Part shown: positions 9,707 through 20,090 of the stretch, one piece after another
Numbering within the stretch: position 1 is the stretch's first letter
Layout of the letters: every line of letters begins with the position of its first letter
Assembly: GCA_012034805.1 (NCBI GenBank)
Contig: JAAUOP010000003.1
Span: 6,455-70,454, forward strand
Origin: Synechococcales cyanobacterium CRU_2_2
Lineage (GTDB): Bacteria > Cyanobacteriota > Cyanobacteriia > PCC-9006 > JAAUQQ01
Direction: 5' to 3'
Length of the DNA: 64,000 nucleotides
The notes under the pieces: model-generated
Seen by the model: only the letters and a program-made list of their open reading frames with translations
The model's database searches: none
What the model was told of the DNA's origin: nothing
Translations under genes and position numbers: made by a program

Positions 9707-10507
9707 TTAGCCCGGAGGGAGCACCCCCTTCCACCGAGGAAACCACTCCCGCCAAGCTTCCTCCAGCAGAAGTTCTGCTTGATCCGGAGGAGTTTCGGCC
9801 TGGGGCATCGACATCGTGATCCAAAGACACCGTGCATCGCGTACCACACCTGTGCCAGCAGCCCAGGCCAATAGACGGAGCGGCTCGAATTGCTGGCGGT
9901 AGGTCTGGCCCAGATAGTCCTCGTAGCTGCCGACACTTTTTCCCTGGGGGGTGATGCAGGCAGTGAGCGTGGTGGTGGTGCGATCGCGGGCCAGTACGTA
10001 GGAACCCACCCCCGCCAGCCGCCGCACCTGGGGCCAGCTGGGGTCGAAGGAACGGGCGATCGCCGCATCTCGCTGAAACCGCCGACTATTGGCCGTAAAG
10101 GCATTCATCTCGTACACCGTGACGGTCAGATGTCGGGTCGGTGTCTGGGGGGCCAACGGTGTATCCGTTGGTAACGAATTCACCGGCGATCGCGTTGGCC
10201 CAACAGACCGATATTCATAGCGCCCATCCAAGCCTGAGTGATCGATGGCTTGCCAATGGCGCAAGGGGACTTCCGCGAGCAACTGCGCTGGGGGGAGGGG
10301 CTGGCGCTGGACGGAAGCGGGTGCGATCAACGACTTGGCCAAAACGCCAACAACGCTCAGACAGGTCAACCAGAGCAACACCCAATAAATCAGCGGCTGA
10401 TTGTTGGCACGATTGTTGGCACCAGCCGTTTCCGATGGGATAGGCCGAGTATCATCCTGGGCCTCGACCTCCGCAGGGTGTGAGGCATTGGACTCTAAAA
10501 GATTCAT
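9707..10507 (-). CDS. cyanoexosortase system-associated protein
   Basis: Single N-terminal TM (LIYWVLLWLTCLSVVGVLA) plus a ~200-aa periplasmic domain. Its start overlaps the stop of the exosortase gene (ATGA at 10504-10507). Position and architecture are as expected for the partner protein of cyanoexosortase A/B. Confidence 0.55.
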   Translation of the reverse strand: MNLLESNASHPAEVEAQDDTRPIPSETAGANNRANNQPLIYWVLLWLTCLSVVGVLAKSLIAPASVQRQPLPPAQLLAEVPLRHWQAIDHSGLDGRYEYRSVGPTRSPVNSLPTDTPLAPQTPTRHLTVTVYEMNAFTANSRRFQRDAAIARSFDPSWPQVRRLAGVGSYVLARDRTTTTLTACITPQGKSVGSYEDYLGQTYRQQFEPLRLLAWAAGTGVVRDARCLWITMSMPQAETPPDQAELLLEEAWREWFPRWKGVLPPG

Positions 10508-11391
10508 CGCTGGCCCTCGTGGAATGCATCATGGCTCGCCAATTCGGCCTGACTGAGCCCAGGGTCGTTTAAGGTCGCGTCACTAAACCCAGCATTACTG
10601 AACTCGGAATAAATCCAGCCAAAAATCCCCACGGAAATCATTGAAAACAGCAGTGAGCCGCTGCCATCATGCCAATAGACAAACCCGGTCTGATTGCCTG
10701 CTGCAACGAGCAATGTCATCAGACAAACGCGCAGGGCGTTGATTACGAAGGCGATCGCGATCGCCACCCCCAGCATCACCCAGCAGCGACGAAAGGGAAA
10801 AATCAAACAGGCCATCACCGCAATGCCAAAGAGATGAAAAATCTGTTCCTGGCCCGAGCAGCCCCCGGCCACGTTGACTGCGCCCTGGCCCAAATACAAA
10901 ATTGCGCCTTCGAGTCTCAGAGGTTTGCCCGCATACCAAAGGACAAAGGACGCGACTTTGGCGGTGTAGATTGAAATGTCAAAGGTTACAAATAAAAACA
11001 GCGCCACGGGCAAAGCCAAGCAGGCCAAAATTACCAGCTCTCGCCAAAATGCAACCAGGCCGCGAAAACCCGAGGTGAGCAGGGCTAGGCCCAAGGCGGC
11101 TAGCAGCGGCAGTACGGCAAGAAAGCTGCCGTTGGGTAAGAAGCTACTGCGCAACAGAACAAATCCGATCGGTAACAGCCCTAGTAAATTGCTTTTGTCA
11201 AATTGGGGATGGATTTGCGATCGCTTATGCCAAATCAAATAACAGGTTCCAATCCATAACAGCAAACTATTGCTGATCAATTGATCATCATCGAGTCGCC
11301 AGGACAAGGTCAGGTGAAGCGCCAGCAACCCTGCACCAATTCCCAGGAGACAAAGACGCACATCTCGATGGGATAACGGGAAACTTTCCAT
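10504..11391 (-). CDS. cyanoexosortase (exosortase/EpsH family, CrtA/CrtB type)
   Basis: Polytopic membrane protein carrying the exosortase catalytic layout: Cys in VNVAGGCSGQEQIF, Arg in FVINALRVCL and His in YWHDGSGSLLF. It is flanked by two PEP-CTERM substrate genes. Confidence 0.8.
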   Translation of the reverse strand: MESFPLSHRDVRLCLLGIGAGLLALHLTLSWRLDDDQLISNSLLLWIGTCYLIWHKRSQIHPQFDKSNLLGLLPIGFVLLRSSFLPNGSFLAVLPLLAALGLALLTSGFRGLVAFWRELVILACLALPVALFLFVTFDISIYTAKVASFVLWYAGKPLRLEGAILYLGQGAVNVAGGCSGQEQIFHLFGIAVMACLIFPFRRCWVMLGVAIAIAFVINALRVCLMTLLVAAGNQTGFVYWHDGSGSLLFSMISVGIFGWIYSEFSNAGFSDATLNDPGLSQAELASHDAFHEGQR

Positions 11392-11769
11392 TCAATTCGT
11401 GGCCGGAAAACAATAGTAAAGAGAAACCATATAACAAAGAATCTGTAACCCGAGAGGCTCACCAGAAACTCAGAAGATCGCTGGTTTCATTGTCCAGTCA
11501 ATAGAGATATTAGTCTCGACACAACCTACGTGTAGTTAGTTCACTCCTTGAGTATCTATTCTGCGTTACTGATTTCCGGCAGGGAGATTAAATTCAAGTT
11601 TGGATGAAGTTATTTGGATTTTTTGTAAAGAGAGTACGTATCATTCAGTATTGTTTTCAACATGGCATATGCTCATGCCGTGGGATTATTACTGTTTGAA
11701 TCCAACACCGTTTGAATCCAACACCATCTGAACTTCGCACTACCTAAATCTCGCAACAATCAGTCTCTA

Positions 11770-11870
11770 GGAAGTCACAGCATCTAGGGAATCACAGCAT
11801 CTAGGGAATCACAGCATCTAGGGAATCACAGCATCTAGGGAATCACAGCGTCCAGAGAGTCACAGCGACC
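11770..11870. repeat. 17-bp tandem repeat x5-6 (GGGAATCACAGCATCTA)
   Basis: Read directly. Located in the divergent intergenic region between the exosortase gene and the first PEP-CTERM gene. A second 16-bp duplication (TTTGAATCCAACACC) lies at ~11694-11730. Confidence 0.9.
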
Positions 11871-11981
11871 GATAGAGTTGGGGTTTCAGATGTCGCACCT
11901 TTCTCATCTGGGCCAATTTTCAGCAGCTTTTTAAGTAAAGTCCATTGTTTGAACTTAACCCTTGGAGTAGAAGGATTACAG

Positions 11982-12662
11982 ATGAAAAGTATGCTTTTTA
12001 AGATGAGTGGTGTGGCGATCGCCACCCTCGCCGCCACAACTGCCATCCAAAGCCAAGCCTCCGCAGCACTTACCGCGACTGGGACAAGTGTTCTAGACTC
12101 AACAACAAGTTTAGAATGGCTCAAGCTCAGTGCCACAGATGGGCAAGATACAACAACCGCAACCACGAATTTTGGTGGGCAGGGATATGCCGTCGCCAAC
12201 GGTGCACAAGTCAACGGCCTATTGAGTTCATTTTTCACCCAATTCGGCCTTCCAGCCGATTCCCTCTCACCGCAAACAGGAGATCCTTCGGCAGCTATCT
12301 CAGCTGCACAGTTTTCTGCCTGGACAGGATTGTTTGGTTCAACCTTCGAAAACGCTTTACCACCCATCCTTAATTTACCTCCAGTTATCAACTCGGGAGG
12401 ACGTTTTCAAGCCGCGCCTGGTGTTATTGCACGCTTTGGAATGCTGCAAGACCCTGTTAATGTCTCTGGTCTCGGTGCTGGCTTCCATGCCATTTTCGCG
12501 AACGACTCTGGCCCAGCGGATCGGGTGGGTGTTTTCATGGTTCGAACCGCAGTGGCAGCTGCACCTCCGACGATAGTGCCCACTCCGGCTCTGCTCCCTG
12601 GGCTGATTGGCTTTGGCCTGAGCGTTTTCAGGCGCAAGCAACGGCAAGTCACGACAGCCTAG
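11982..12662 (+). CDS. PEP-CTERM sorting-domain protein (variant PTP motif)
   Basis: Signal peptide MKSMLFKMSGVAIATLAATTAIQSQASA. The C-terminus IVPTPALLPGLIGFGLSVFRRKQRQ has the motif + TM + basic-cluster layout. ATG at 11982 follows GGAGTAGAAGGA; the track start at 11949 is a TTG. Confidence 0.7.
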   Translation: MKSMLFKMSGVAIATLAATTAIQSQASAALTATGTSVLDSTTSLEWLKLSATDGQDTTTATTNFGGQGYAVANGAQVNGLLSSFFTQFGLPADSLSPQTGDPSAAISAAQFSAWTGLFGSTFENALPPILNLPPVINSGGRFQAAPGVIARFGMLQDPVNVSGLGAGFHAIFANDSGPADRVGVFMVRTAVAAAPPTIVPTPALLPGLIGFGLSVFRRKQRQVTTA

Positions 12663-12690
12663 AGAACACCATGGCAGTTTAGACGGTTGC

Positions 12691-12740
12691 GGGCCGTTCT
12701 TGAAGCGTGTTCGGAACACATCAGAACGGCCTTTTTCTTT
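12691..12740 (+). terminator. rho-independent terminator
   Basis: GGCCGTTCT (12692-12700) pairs with AGAACGGCC (12723-12731) and is followed by TTTTTCTTT, about 30 nt after the stop at 12662. Confidence 0.6.
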
Positions 12741-13117
12741 ACGTCAACTTTATAAATTAATTATTATTTTTACACGATTTTCGCAAGTATCTACGTGTTT
12801 TTACGAGTCGGTCAAAGTCTAGGATTTACGATTCTTAAAGGTGTTTAAAGCTGAAGTGAATTTGCTTTTTCTCCGTAGACATCATGAGTCGGTCAGTGAG
12901 ATATTGCCAAAAGCACTACCCCGCCAGCGCATTAAGTTTTAGACAAATGGCTCTTGAATGAGCTGACGGTACACCACATTAAGAGTCAGCCTTTTAGGAT
13001 CTGGGTGAATGAGAGTCTGGGTGGAGTCGATACCTGGGTGAGGTGGATAGCATCGTCTGTATGGGCGATCGCGTCACACGAAATGGGTTGATTGTTACAA
13101 AAGAAGTGAGGTAAATC

Positions 13118-13903
13118 ATGAGTGCTTTTTTAAAGCGCGCCGCGATGGTGGCCACAGGGGCCACGGTTCTGAGTTTAGGCTTAGGTCTGGGGCAATCTGC
13201 CCAGGCCATTAGTGTTAACATTGTGGCCGAGACCAACGGATTTGATTCGGGTCTCGATCGCGTCTTGGGCTTGAATAGTTTCTTTAATGTTGGCTTCAAG
13301 GCATCTGAAGATCCCAACGCCTACATCAAATCGGTCAAATTCGATTTGAGAGCTGGGGGCGACAAGGATGCCGCGTTTGATAATCAAGATTTTCTTGTTT
13401 TTGACGCACGTCCTGTGGTTGGGCAAACCGGCGGCGGTCTCAATGCCAATGCGATTTCCTTTAGCCCAGTAACCCGCAATGATTTCGTCAACGCGGACCA
13501 GGGTAAGACGACATCTTCTTTAATCGTCAACTTCCTGCCCGAAGCATTCAAGCCGGGTAGTTTCTTTTCGTTTGGCGTTGACACCAACGCGGTGGGAACG
13601 GATGCCTTCCCATTCCTGGCGTTTCTTTCGGCCTTTACCGGCGATGATGTCACCACCTTTAACGATACAGGCGCAGACTTTGGCCGTGCCGGTGTGGCCT
13701 TTATCGTTGACCTCATGAAAGGGGATGGAACCAGTGCAACGGTTGCTTCCACCTTCAAAACGACAGGTCTGTACGCGTCTCAAGCTCAAATTACCAATGC
13801 GCCAGAACCCCTAACGATTTTGGGTTCGGCCTTGGCCTTGGGCTTTGGGGCTCGGTTGAAGAAGAAGCGATCGCTCCAGTCTCCAAAGGCGACGGCCGCC
13901 TAG
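13118..13903 (+). CDS. PEP-CTERM sorting-domain protein
   Basis: Signal peptide MSAFLKRAAMVATGATVLSLGLGLGQSAQA. The C-terminus NAPEPLTILGSALALGFGARLKKKRS has PEP + TM + basic cluster. Confidence 0.75.
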   Translation: MSAFLKRAAMVATGATVLSLGLGLGQSAQAISVNIVAETNGFDSGLDRVLGLNSFFNVGFKASEDPNAYIKSVKFDLRAGGDKDAAFDNQDFLVFDARPVVGQTGGGLNANAISFSPVTRNDFVNADQGKTTSSLIVNFLPEAFKPGSFFSFGVDTNAVGTDAFPFLAFLSAFTGDDVTTFNDTGADFGRAGVAFIVDLMKGDGTSATVASTFKTTGLYASQAQITNAPEPLTILGSALALGFGARLKKKRSLQSPKATAA

Positions 13904-13906
13904 GCT

Positions 13907-15259
13907 TTATCGATCACATTCCGCATCTTGGCGCACCTGGGTGGTGCGCCAATTTAGCTTGAGGTTGATCCAAAAATTCCATAGCGTCGTGACGGCGATC
14001 GCCACCAAATTGGCTCCATAGGGATTGGGCAAAACCGTTTGCACCAACGCTTGCAGAATCAACACATTCATCCCTAGACCCAAGCCACAAATCAAATTGA
14101 ATTTGAGAAACCGTCGGGCGCGTTGCCGCCAAGCTTGTCGCCAATCCACCGATGCTTCGCGCAGGTCGCGGAAGGTCCAGCTATCATTCCACAGAAAATT
14201 GTTGACCATGGCGCTTTCTGCCGCCACCAGCTTACTGGGAACCAGGTTCCAGCCCAAGCTCAGTAGGCCGTACAACACCAGCATATCCACCGCCACACCG
14301 CTGAGACCCACTAGGCCAAACCGCAAAAATCGCCAGGGTAGCAGCGCCCAGCGCAGACGGCCCAGATGCATCACATAGTCTCGATATTGTCGCCAGTGGA
14401 CTTTGCTGTGGCCTGCGTTGCGATCGCGAAACACATACCCCACCTCGGCAATGCGGCCCACACGACCCCGCGCCAAGACCTCTAGCAAAATCTTATAGCT
14501 GAGGGGGTGCAAAACGGGGCCTGCGATCGCCTCCCGCCGCACCAAAAAGTAGCCACTCATGGGATCTGCCACCCGGCCCACCACACCGGGCAACAGCAGC
14601 AGCCCCAACACCTGGGCACCCCGAGACAAGAAGCGCCGCCCCAGGCTCCAGTTGCTGACGCCGCCCTCGGTCACATGGCGACTAGCCAAGGCCAAATCGG
14701 CCCCCCGGTCGATGGCATCGAGCAGCCCCTCCAGCACCTGGGGCGGATGTTGAAAATCGGCGTCCATCACGCCCAAAAGCTGTCCTCGAGCTGCCTGCCA
14801 GCCCCGCACCACGGCAGTGGCCAAGCCTTGCTCTGCCTGTCGCCGCATCACCCAGAGTTGCAAGTGCTGGGCCATGAGCTGAGCGGCGATTTCCCAGGTG
14901 CGATCGCGGCTATTGTCATCCACCACAATGATTTCGTAGGCCTCGGGCAGCCGCCGGTCCAAGATTTTGGTCAGTTGCCACAGCAGCTCTGGCAGATTTT
15001 CCCGTTCGTTGTAGGTGGGAATAATCAGCGAGAGCTTGATGATGGGGGCGGATGGAGAGAGGCGGCCTGGGCCAGCCTTTTGGCTGGAGCCGCTGAGCAG
15101 GCCTGAGCGAGACGGAACGGTGAGTGTTCCTTGGGGGGGCAAAGCAGCGCGTAAAAGGGACGAATTTCCATGGATGCAGGTCGCAAGATGCAGCTGAATT
15201 GATTGATCCCCAGTCGCCGCGTCCGGATTCTGGGAACCGACGCGATCGCCCAGAAACAA
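13907..15259 (-). CDS. family-2 glycosyltransferase (Dpm1/polyprenol-phosphate GT-like) fused to a GtrA-like membrane domain
   Basis: LSLIIPTYNERENL, EIIVVDDNSRD and GVMDADFQHPP (DxD) mark the GT2 domain. The C-terminal RFLRFGLVGLSGVAVDMLVLYGLL...NFLWNDSWTF is a GtrA-type 4-TM domain. The first ~95 codons look non-proteinaceous and no ATG/GTG/TTG precedes the GT2 core, so the start is uncertain. Confidence 0.75.
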   Translation of the reverse strand: MFLGDRVGSQNPDAATGDQSIQLHLATCIHGNSSLLRAALPPQGTLTVPSRSGLLSGSSQKAGPGRLSPSAPIIKLSLIIPTYNERENLPELLWQLTKILDRRLPEAYEIIVVDDNSRDRTWEIAAQLMAQHLQLWVMRRQAEQGLATAVVRGWQAARGQLLGVMDADFQHPPQVLEGLLDAIDRGADLALASRHVTEGGVSNWSLGRRFLSRGAQVLGLLLLPGVVGRVADPMSGYFLVRREAIAGPVLHPLSYKILLEVLARGRVGRIAEVGYVFRDRNAGHSKVHWRQYRDYVMHLGRLRWALLPWRFLRFGLVGLSGVAVDMLVLYGLLSLGWNLVPSKLVAAESAMVNNFLWNDSWTFRDLREASVDWRQAWRQRARRFLKFNLICGLGLGMNVLILQALVQTVLPNPYGANLVAIAVTTLWNFWINLKLNWRTTQVRQDAECDR

Positions 15260-15340
15260 ATCGCCCAGCGCTTAGTATGATATTAGACCTCAGTCCCAAA
15301 ACTCTAGGCTAACCGACCCCCTCACCTCAAAACCTCACCT

Positions 15341-15410
15341 TCAAAATCCCATCCCCAAAATCCCATCCCCAAAATCCCATCCCCAAAATCCCATCCCCAA
15401 AATCCATGCC
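15341..15410. repeat. 14-bp tandem repeat x5 (CCAAAATCCCATCC) running into the ABC-ATPase start codon
   Basis: Units at 15341, 15355, 15369 and 15383. The last unit, CCAAAATCCATGCC (15397-15410), contains the ATG at 15406. Confidence 0.9.
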
Positions 15411-17348
15411 AGAGTCTGTGCAAGAAGAGTCCAGGTCAGAACCCGTGCTGGAGGTGCGGGATTTATGTGTTCGCTTTAATCGCCGCGACTGTTCCGTCAT
15501 GGCCGTGGATAATATCTCTTTTTCAGTGCCTCGGGGGCAGACCCTGGCGATCGTGGGTGAATCGGGCTCGGGAAAGTCAGTCTCCTGCTTGGCAGCCATG
15601 GGTTTGATTCCAAATCCGCCTGGAGAAATCGTCAGCGGGGAAATCTGGTTTCACGATTCCTGTGGAAGCTTGCGGAGCGATCGCGACGCTACCCAGGCCA
15701 TCGATCTGCTCAAAGCCACCCCCAAACAGCTCCAGCAATACCGAGGCGGGAAAATCAGCATGATCTTCCAAGAGCCCATGAGCGCCCTCAACCCGGTCTA
15801 CACCTGCGGCTCCCAAATCATCGAAGCCATCCGCCAGCACGACACCCGTTCGTCGGAGACAACGGCCAGACAACGCACCCTCGAGCTGCTGCGCGAAGTC
15901 AAACTCCTCCCCTCCGATGAAACCCTAGCCGAGGACTATCGCCAGCGCTGGCAGGGCACACCCTCCACCCAAGACATCCACCGAGCCCTACGCGCCCACA
16001 AACAGCGGCTGCTCAACCGCTACCCCCACGAGCTTTCCGGCGGACAACTGCAGCGGATGATGATTGCCATGGCGCTCTCTTGCGACCCGCAGGTGTTGAT
16101 TGCCGATGAACCGACCACGGCCCTGGATGTGACGGTGCAGGCCACGATCTTGCAGCAGCTGCGAGAATTGCGCGATCGTCGCGGCATGTCAATGATTTTT
16201 GTCAGTCATGATCTGGGTGTGGTGGCCCAGGTGGCCGATGCGATCGCTGTCATGTATCGTGGCCAACTCGTCGAATACAATAGCGCCGAAGCTATTTTGA
16301 ACCACCCCAGCCATCCCTACACCAAAGGCCTCCTGGCCTGTCGGCCCCAGCTCGAACAAAACTTCACCTATTTGCCAACCGTCAGCGATTTCATGGAGGA
16401 ATTCGCAGCAGCCGACGGCACGACCATCCTCGCGGAAAAGTCCGTAGACCCGGCCCTATTTACCCAAGTTCAAGCGGCACCAGCTTCAGCCCAACTGGCT
16501 CAGCCCGTCAGCACCGTCCCCGCCCCGCCTCCCATCCTGCAGGTCAAGGATCTGACCGTGGAATATCCCATCCAGGCAATCCTGGGCCAGCCCAAACGCA
16601 TGTTCAAAGCCGTAGATCATCTCTCCTTCGACATTCACCCCGGCGAAACTCTGGGGCTAGTTGGCGAGTCGGGTTGCGGCAAAAGCACCCTGGCGCGAGC
16701 GCTGCTACGGCTGATCCCAGCGACATCAGGCAGCATTCAGTTTGAAGGACAAGACATTGCCCGGATGAAAGCGCGATCCCTGCGCAGTTTGCGACGGCAG
16801 ATGCAAATTATCTTCCAAGATCCTGACGGTGCCCTAGACCCACGCATGACGGTGGCAGACGCCATTCTAGAACCCCTCAAAATTCACGGCTTGGTGCAAA
16901 AAAACACCAGCGCGAGCAGGTGTCTCGTTTGCTCAATCTGGTGGGTCTAGACCCGGAGACGATGGATCGATTCCCCCATTCGTTTTCGGGTGGGCAAAAG
17001 CAGCGCATTTGCATTGCTCGTGCTCTGGCACTTAATCCGCGCTTTATTATTTGTGACGAATCTGTGTCAGCTCTAGATGTTTCCGTACAGGCTCAGGTAC
17101 TCAATTTGCTGAAGAATTTACAGACAGAATTGAGATTGACGTATTTGTTTATTTCTCACGATTTGAGCGTGGTGAAATTCATGAGCGATCGCATCATGGT
17201 CATGAACCAAGGCCGCATCGAAGAGCTAGGCACCGCCGAAGATATCTATCGAAACCCCCAGAAAATCTACACCCAAGCCCTGATTGCGTCCATTCCCCAA
17301 ATGCAGACCCACCGATCGCCGAGAATAACCACAGAACATGATAGATGA
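15406..17348 (+). pseudogene. ABC transporter ATP-binding protein with two ATPase domains (Dpp/Opp/GsiA-YejF type); frame break in an A7 run at 16898-16904
   Basis: Two Walker A motifs (GESGSGKS, GESGCGKS). The first signature is LSGGQLQRMMIA. The second signature [15 protein letters not shown] lies in ORF 16920..17348. With one extra A the text reads ...[23 protein letters not shown] (648 codons in total). Confidence 0.85.
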
Positions 17349-17565
17349 ATCAGCAACTCGATCCTAGCTAAAACGCCCTATCTAACTCGACAGTTATCTC
17401 AACTCTCCCCATGCACTCCTCCAGCACTCCTGCGGAGATTACTCAGTTGTGTTTTTCGCATCTCAGAATGATTTCTGAGGTGACCTCTTAGATAGGGTTG
17501 CTAGGTTGGAGGGGAAGGATAACCCGAAGGCTCACGACCTGAAGGACAACACAGGACGCTAACCC

Positions 17566-18147
17566 ATGAACAGTATTGAAAAAATCGTCCAGCAGGCCAT
17601 TCAAGATGGCTATTTGACCCCTTCGATGGAAGCAGAAGTGGGTCGTATTTGCGATACGGCCTCTGAACTCTCCATTGAAGAATACATGGCCCTTGACCGC
17701 CTGATGGGTGCGCTGCTCACGGGTGAAGTGGTCGCGGTGCCGCGTAAGCAATTTATTAACGTCATGGAAGAGCTGGTGCTGACCGAGGCGATCGCCCGCG
17801 TCGGAGAAATCGAAGCCACCAGCGAGCAAACCCTCGACCTCGGCGACATCGCCGCCTACGCCCTCAACCGTCTGCCTCCCCTCTATGCCACCACCGAGGA
17901 AGGCGCACGCTTCCAACGTGAGCGTGCACAGGAAGCGCTGCGAGAACTGATTATCCGACAGGTGGACGAGGGCATTGCTAACAGCCTCAACCGCCCTGAG
18001 TTCTTCCCAGAACGTCAGGCCATCAGCAAGAATGCCAGCGGCATTACGAATGGTTCTATCTTGGAGCAGGTCACGTCCTTGCTGCGCACCTATGCCCCAG
18101 ACCTCGATGAGCAAGCGGGCAAGGGTCAGCCCGTGGAAGTCGTCTAA
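17566..18147 (+). CDS. ComFB (late competence development protein) family protein
   Basis: NVMEELVLTEAIARV...LGDIAAYALNRLPPLYATTEEGARFQRERA matches the ComFB fold motif (..D..A.ALN.LPP.Y). Confidence 0.6.
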   Translation: MNSIEKIVQQAIQDGYLTPSMEAEVGRICDTASELSIEEYMALDRLMGALLTGEVVAVPRKQFINVMEELVLTEAIARVGEIEATSEQTLDLGDIAAYALNRLPPLYATTEEGARFQRERAQEALRELIIRQVDEGIANSLNRPEFFPERQAISKNASGITNGSILEQVTSLLRTYAPDLDEQAGKGQPVEVV

Positions 18148-18265
18148 ACCTGGGGCCTAAACCTGGGGCCTACGGTTTGACCTCAACACCTTTGATACCC
18201 ACTCTATGGGCAGAGCCTCCAGGACGGCTACTCTGCCCATGGTTTGCAAAAGTATCGAGGACTCG

Positions 18266-19084
18266 CTAAGGCACAACCGCTAGGGGCCAGTCGGGTTGAA
18301 CCACAGCATACAGCGCCAAAATATCTGCGTTGCGCATCCGCACACAGCCGTGGGAGACCGCTTCTCCCATCCGCGATTCGTCTAGGGTGCCATGAATACC
18401 GAAATGGTAGTCACCCTCGGCCAGGAAGCCGATCCAAGCCGCTCCCAGGGGGTTCTCTGGCCCTGCTGGCACCACCTTGCCCGTGAGGGGATGTTCCCAG
18501 GCGGGCTGCTGCTGCATTTCGCCAATGTGGTATTGACCCAAGGGCGTCTCCCACTCCGCTTGGCCAATGGCAACCGCGTACTCAGCCTGGAGATCGCCGT
18601 TGACGTAGAGGAAGAGCTTGCGATCGCTCAAATCCACCAAGACTCGCCCCGTAGGTCTGGACTGGCTTCGCTTCGCCAAATTGCCACGATGCAAAAATTT
18701 GCTTGGGAAGAACCATCGACTCTGGGACAGCCACAACCCACCTTGCCCAAGGGTTTTCTCGAATAGGGTATTTGACCCACGGCCATGGCCATGGCTGCGG
18801 CTACTGCTGGTGCCTGTCACGCTCAGGCCAGGGTGGGCGGGGTTAGGCTTTACAAACTCAGGCTTTACAAACTCAGGCTTTGCAGGCTCAGATTTACTTG
18901 ACTCAGATTTACTTGACTCAGATTTACTTGACTCAGGTTTAATGGGCTCAAGTCTGGTCTGACGCTGCTCCTGGGATGACGCAGACGGCGTGGCCCGAGG
19001 CAGCAGACCCTGGATGCCTAGCCACACCGATAGGCCCAGGAACATCAAGATAAAACTGTGTTGGAGCGATAGGGGACGTTGCAT
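18266..19084 (-). CDS. L,D-transpeptidase (YkuD domain)
   Basis: The catalytic motif FGIHGTLDESRMGEAVSHGCVRMRNADI is present, as is an N-terminal signal/TM. The linker contains (SKSES)3 and (KPEFV)2 encoded by a 15-bp in-frame array at 18846-18950. Confidence 0.85.
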   Translation of the reverse strand: MQRPLSLQHSFILMFLGLSVWLGIQGLLPRATPSASSQEQRQTRLEPIKPESSKSESSKSESSKSEPAKPEFVKPEFVKPNPAHPGLSVTGTSSSRSHGHGRGSNTLFEKTLGQGGLWLSQSRWFFPSKFLHRGNLAKRSQSRPTGRVLVDLSDRKLFLYVNGDLQAEYAVAIGQAEWETPLGQYHIGEMQQQPAWEHPLTGKVVPAGPENPLGAAWIGFLAEGDYHFGIHGTLDESRMGEAVSHGCVRMRNADILALYAVVQPDWPLAVVP

Positions 19085-19385
19085 AGCAGACCCGTGGTAG
19101 CTCGGTTGTTAGCGCAGTTATTCGCGCAGTTATTCGTGCGAGTCTTGGCGCGGGGGACTGGCCCTCGATTATCGGTTTAAGCCCCCACTAGTTTAAGCTT
19201 TCCCGCAGCGTAGGCGTCACCGTGCTTGTCACATCGCTTAATCTTGTGCCCGGTTGCCGATAATTTTTTGCAGGCCCTTTCCCAGACCTCTTGCCCAAAA
19301 CTTTACAGGCCCAGTCCCCATCTCCAGGAACCTTGGTGCGTCTTCCCCGTCCTAGGAAAGACATGGTTTTGGAGTAGAGCTGCCC

Positions 19386-20044
19386 ATGAGTGCCTCTCTG
19401 TCGGTATCCTGGTTAACGGTCGAACTCAATGCAGCCCAGAAGACGCCCGTGCGCGCCGAGAACCTCTCAAACACAGATCTCATCCTCGAATGTCAAGCCG
19501 GCTTCAAACCCAATCGCTCGGCCTTCGCAGAACTCGTACGTCGCTACCAGAGCCACGTGGACAGATTGCTGTACCACCTCGCACCCGACTGGCAAGACCG
19601 TTCAGACCTCGCCCAGGAAGTCTGGATTCGGGTTTACCGCAACGTTAAGCGCTTGCAGGAGCCAAATAAATTTCGAGGTTGGCTCAGTCGCATCGTTACA
19701 AACCTCTTCTATGATGAGCTGCGCAAGCGCAAACGCCATCGCAGCCCCCTCTCCCTAGACGCACCTTACAAAATCAACGGTGACGAGATCGACTGGGACA
19801 TTGCCTCAGAAGATCCAGGGCCGTCAGAGAATTTAAGCACTCGAGAATTCTATGCACAGCTACAGACGCGATCGCCGATCTACCGGAGTCCTTTCGCACC
19901 ACGATTGTCCTGCGAGAAATCGAAGGGCTATCCTACGAAGAGATTGCTGAAATGACGGGTGCATCGCTCGGAACGGTCAAGTCGCGCATTGCTCGGGCAA
20001 GGCAACGACTGCAGTCTCAGCTCCAACCCTATCTCGATACTTGA
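19386..20044 (+). pseudogene. ECF-type RNA polymerase sigma-70 factor; frame break at ~19865
   Basis: Region 2 (DLAQEVWIRVYRNVKRLQEPNKFRGWLSRIVTNLFYDELRKR) is in ORF 19386..19955. Region 4 appears only in the next frame: my translation from 19868 gives AIADLPESFRTTIVLREIEGLSYEEIAEMTGASLGTVKSRIARARQRLQSQLQPYLDT*. One added G at CAG|GAC restores 220 codons. Confidence 0.8.
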
Positions 20045-20090
20045 TGAAGAGAGCCCCCTCTTCACCCCTTCATCCCCTAGGCAAACGGTT

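Noticed and set aside
11843-12391. The 182-aa minus-strand ORF overlapping the first PEP-CTERM gene and the 17-bp repeat array.
   Set aside because: The plus-strand gene has a signal peptide, an RBS and a PEP-CTERM tail. The minus-strand ORF has no motif and starts inside repeat DNA.
12539-12548. GGTTCGAACC, a T-loop-like motif suggesting a tRNA.
   Set aside because: It lies inside the PEP-CTERM protein CDS, and no acceptor, D or anticodon arms can be drawn around it.
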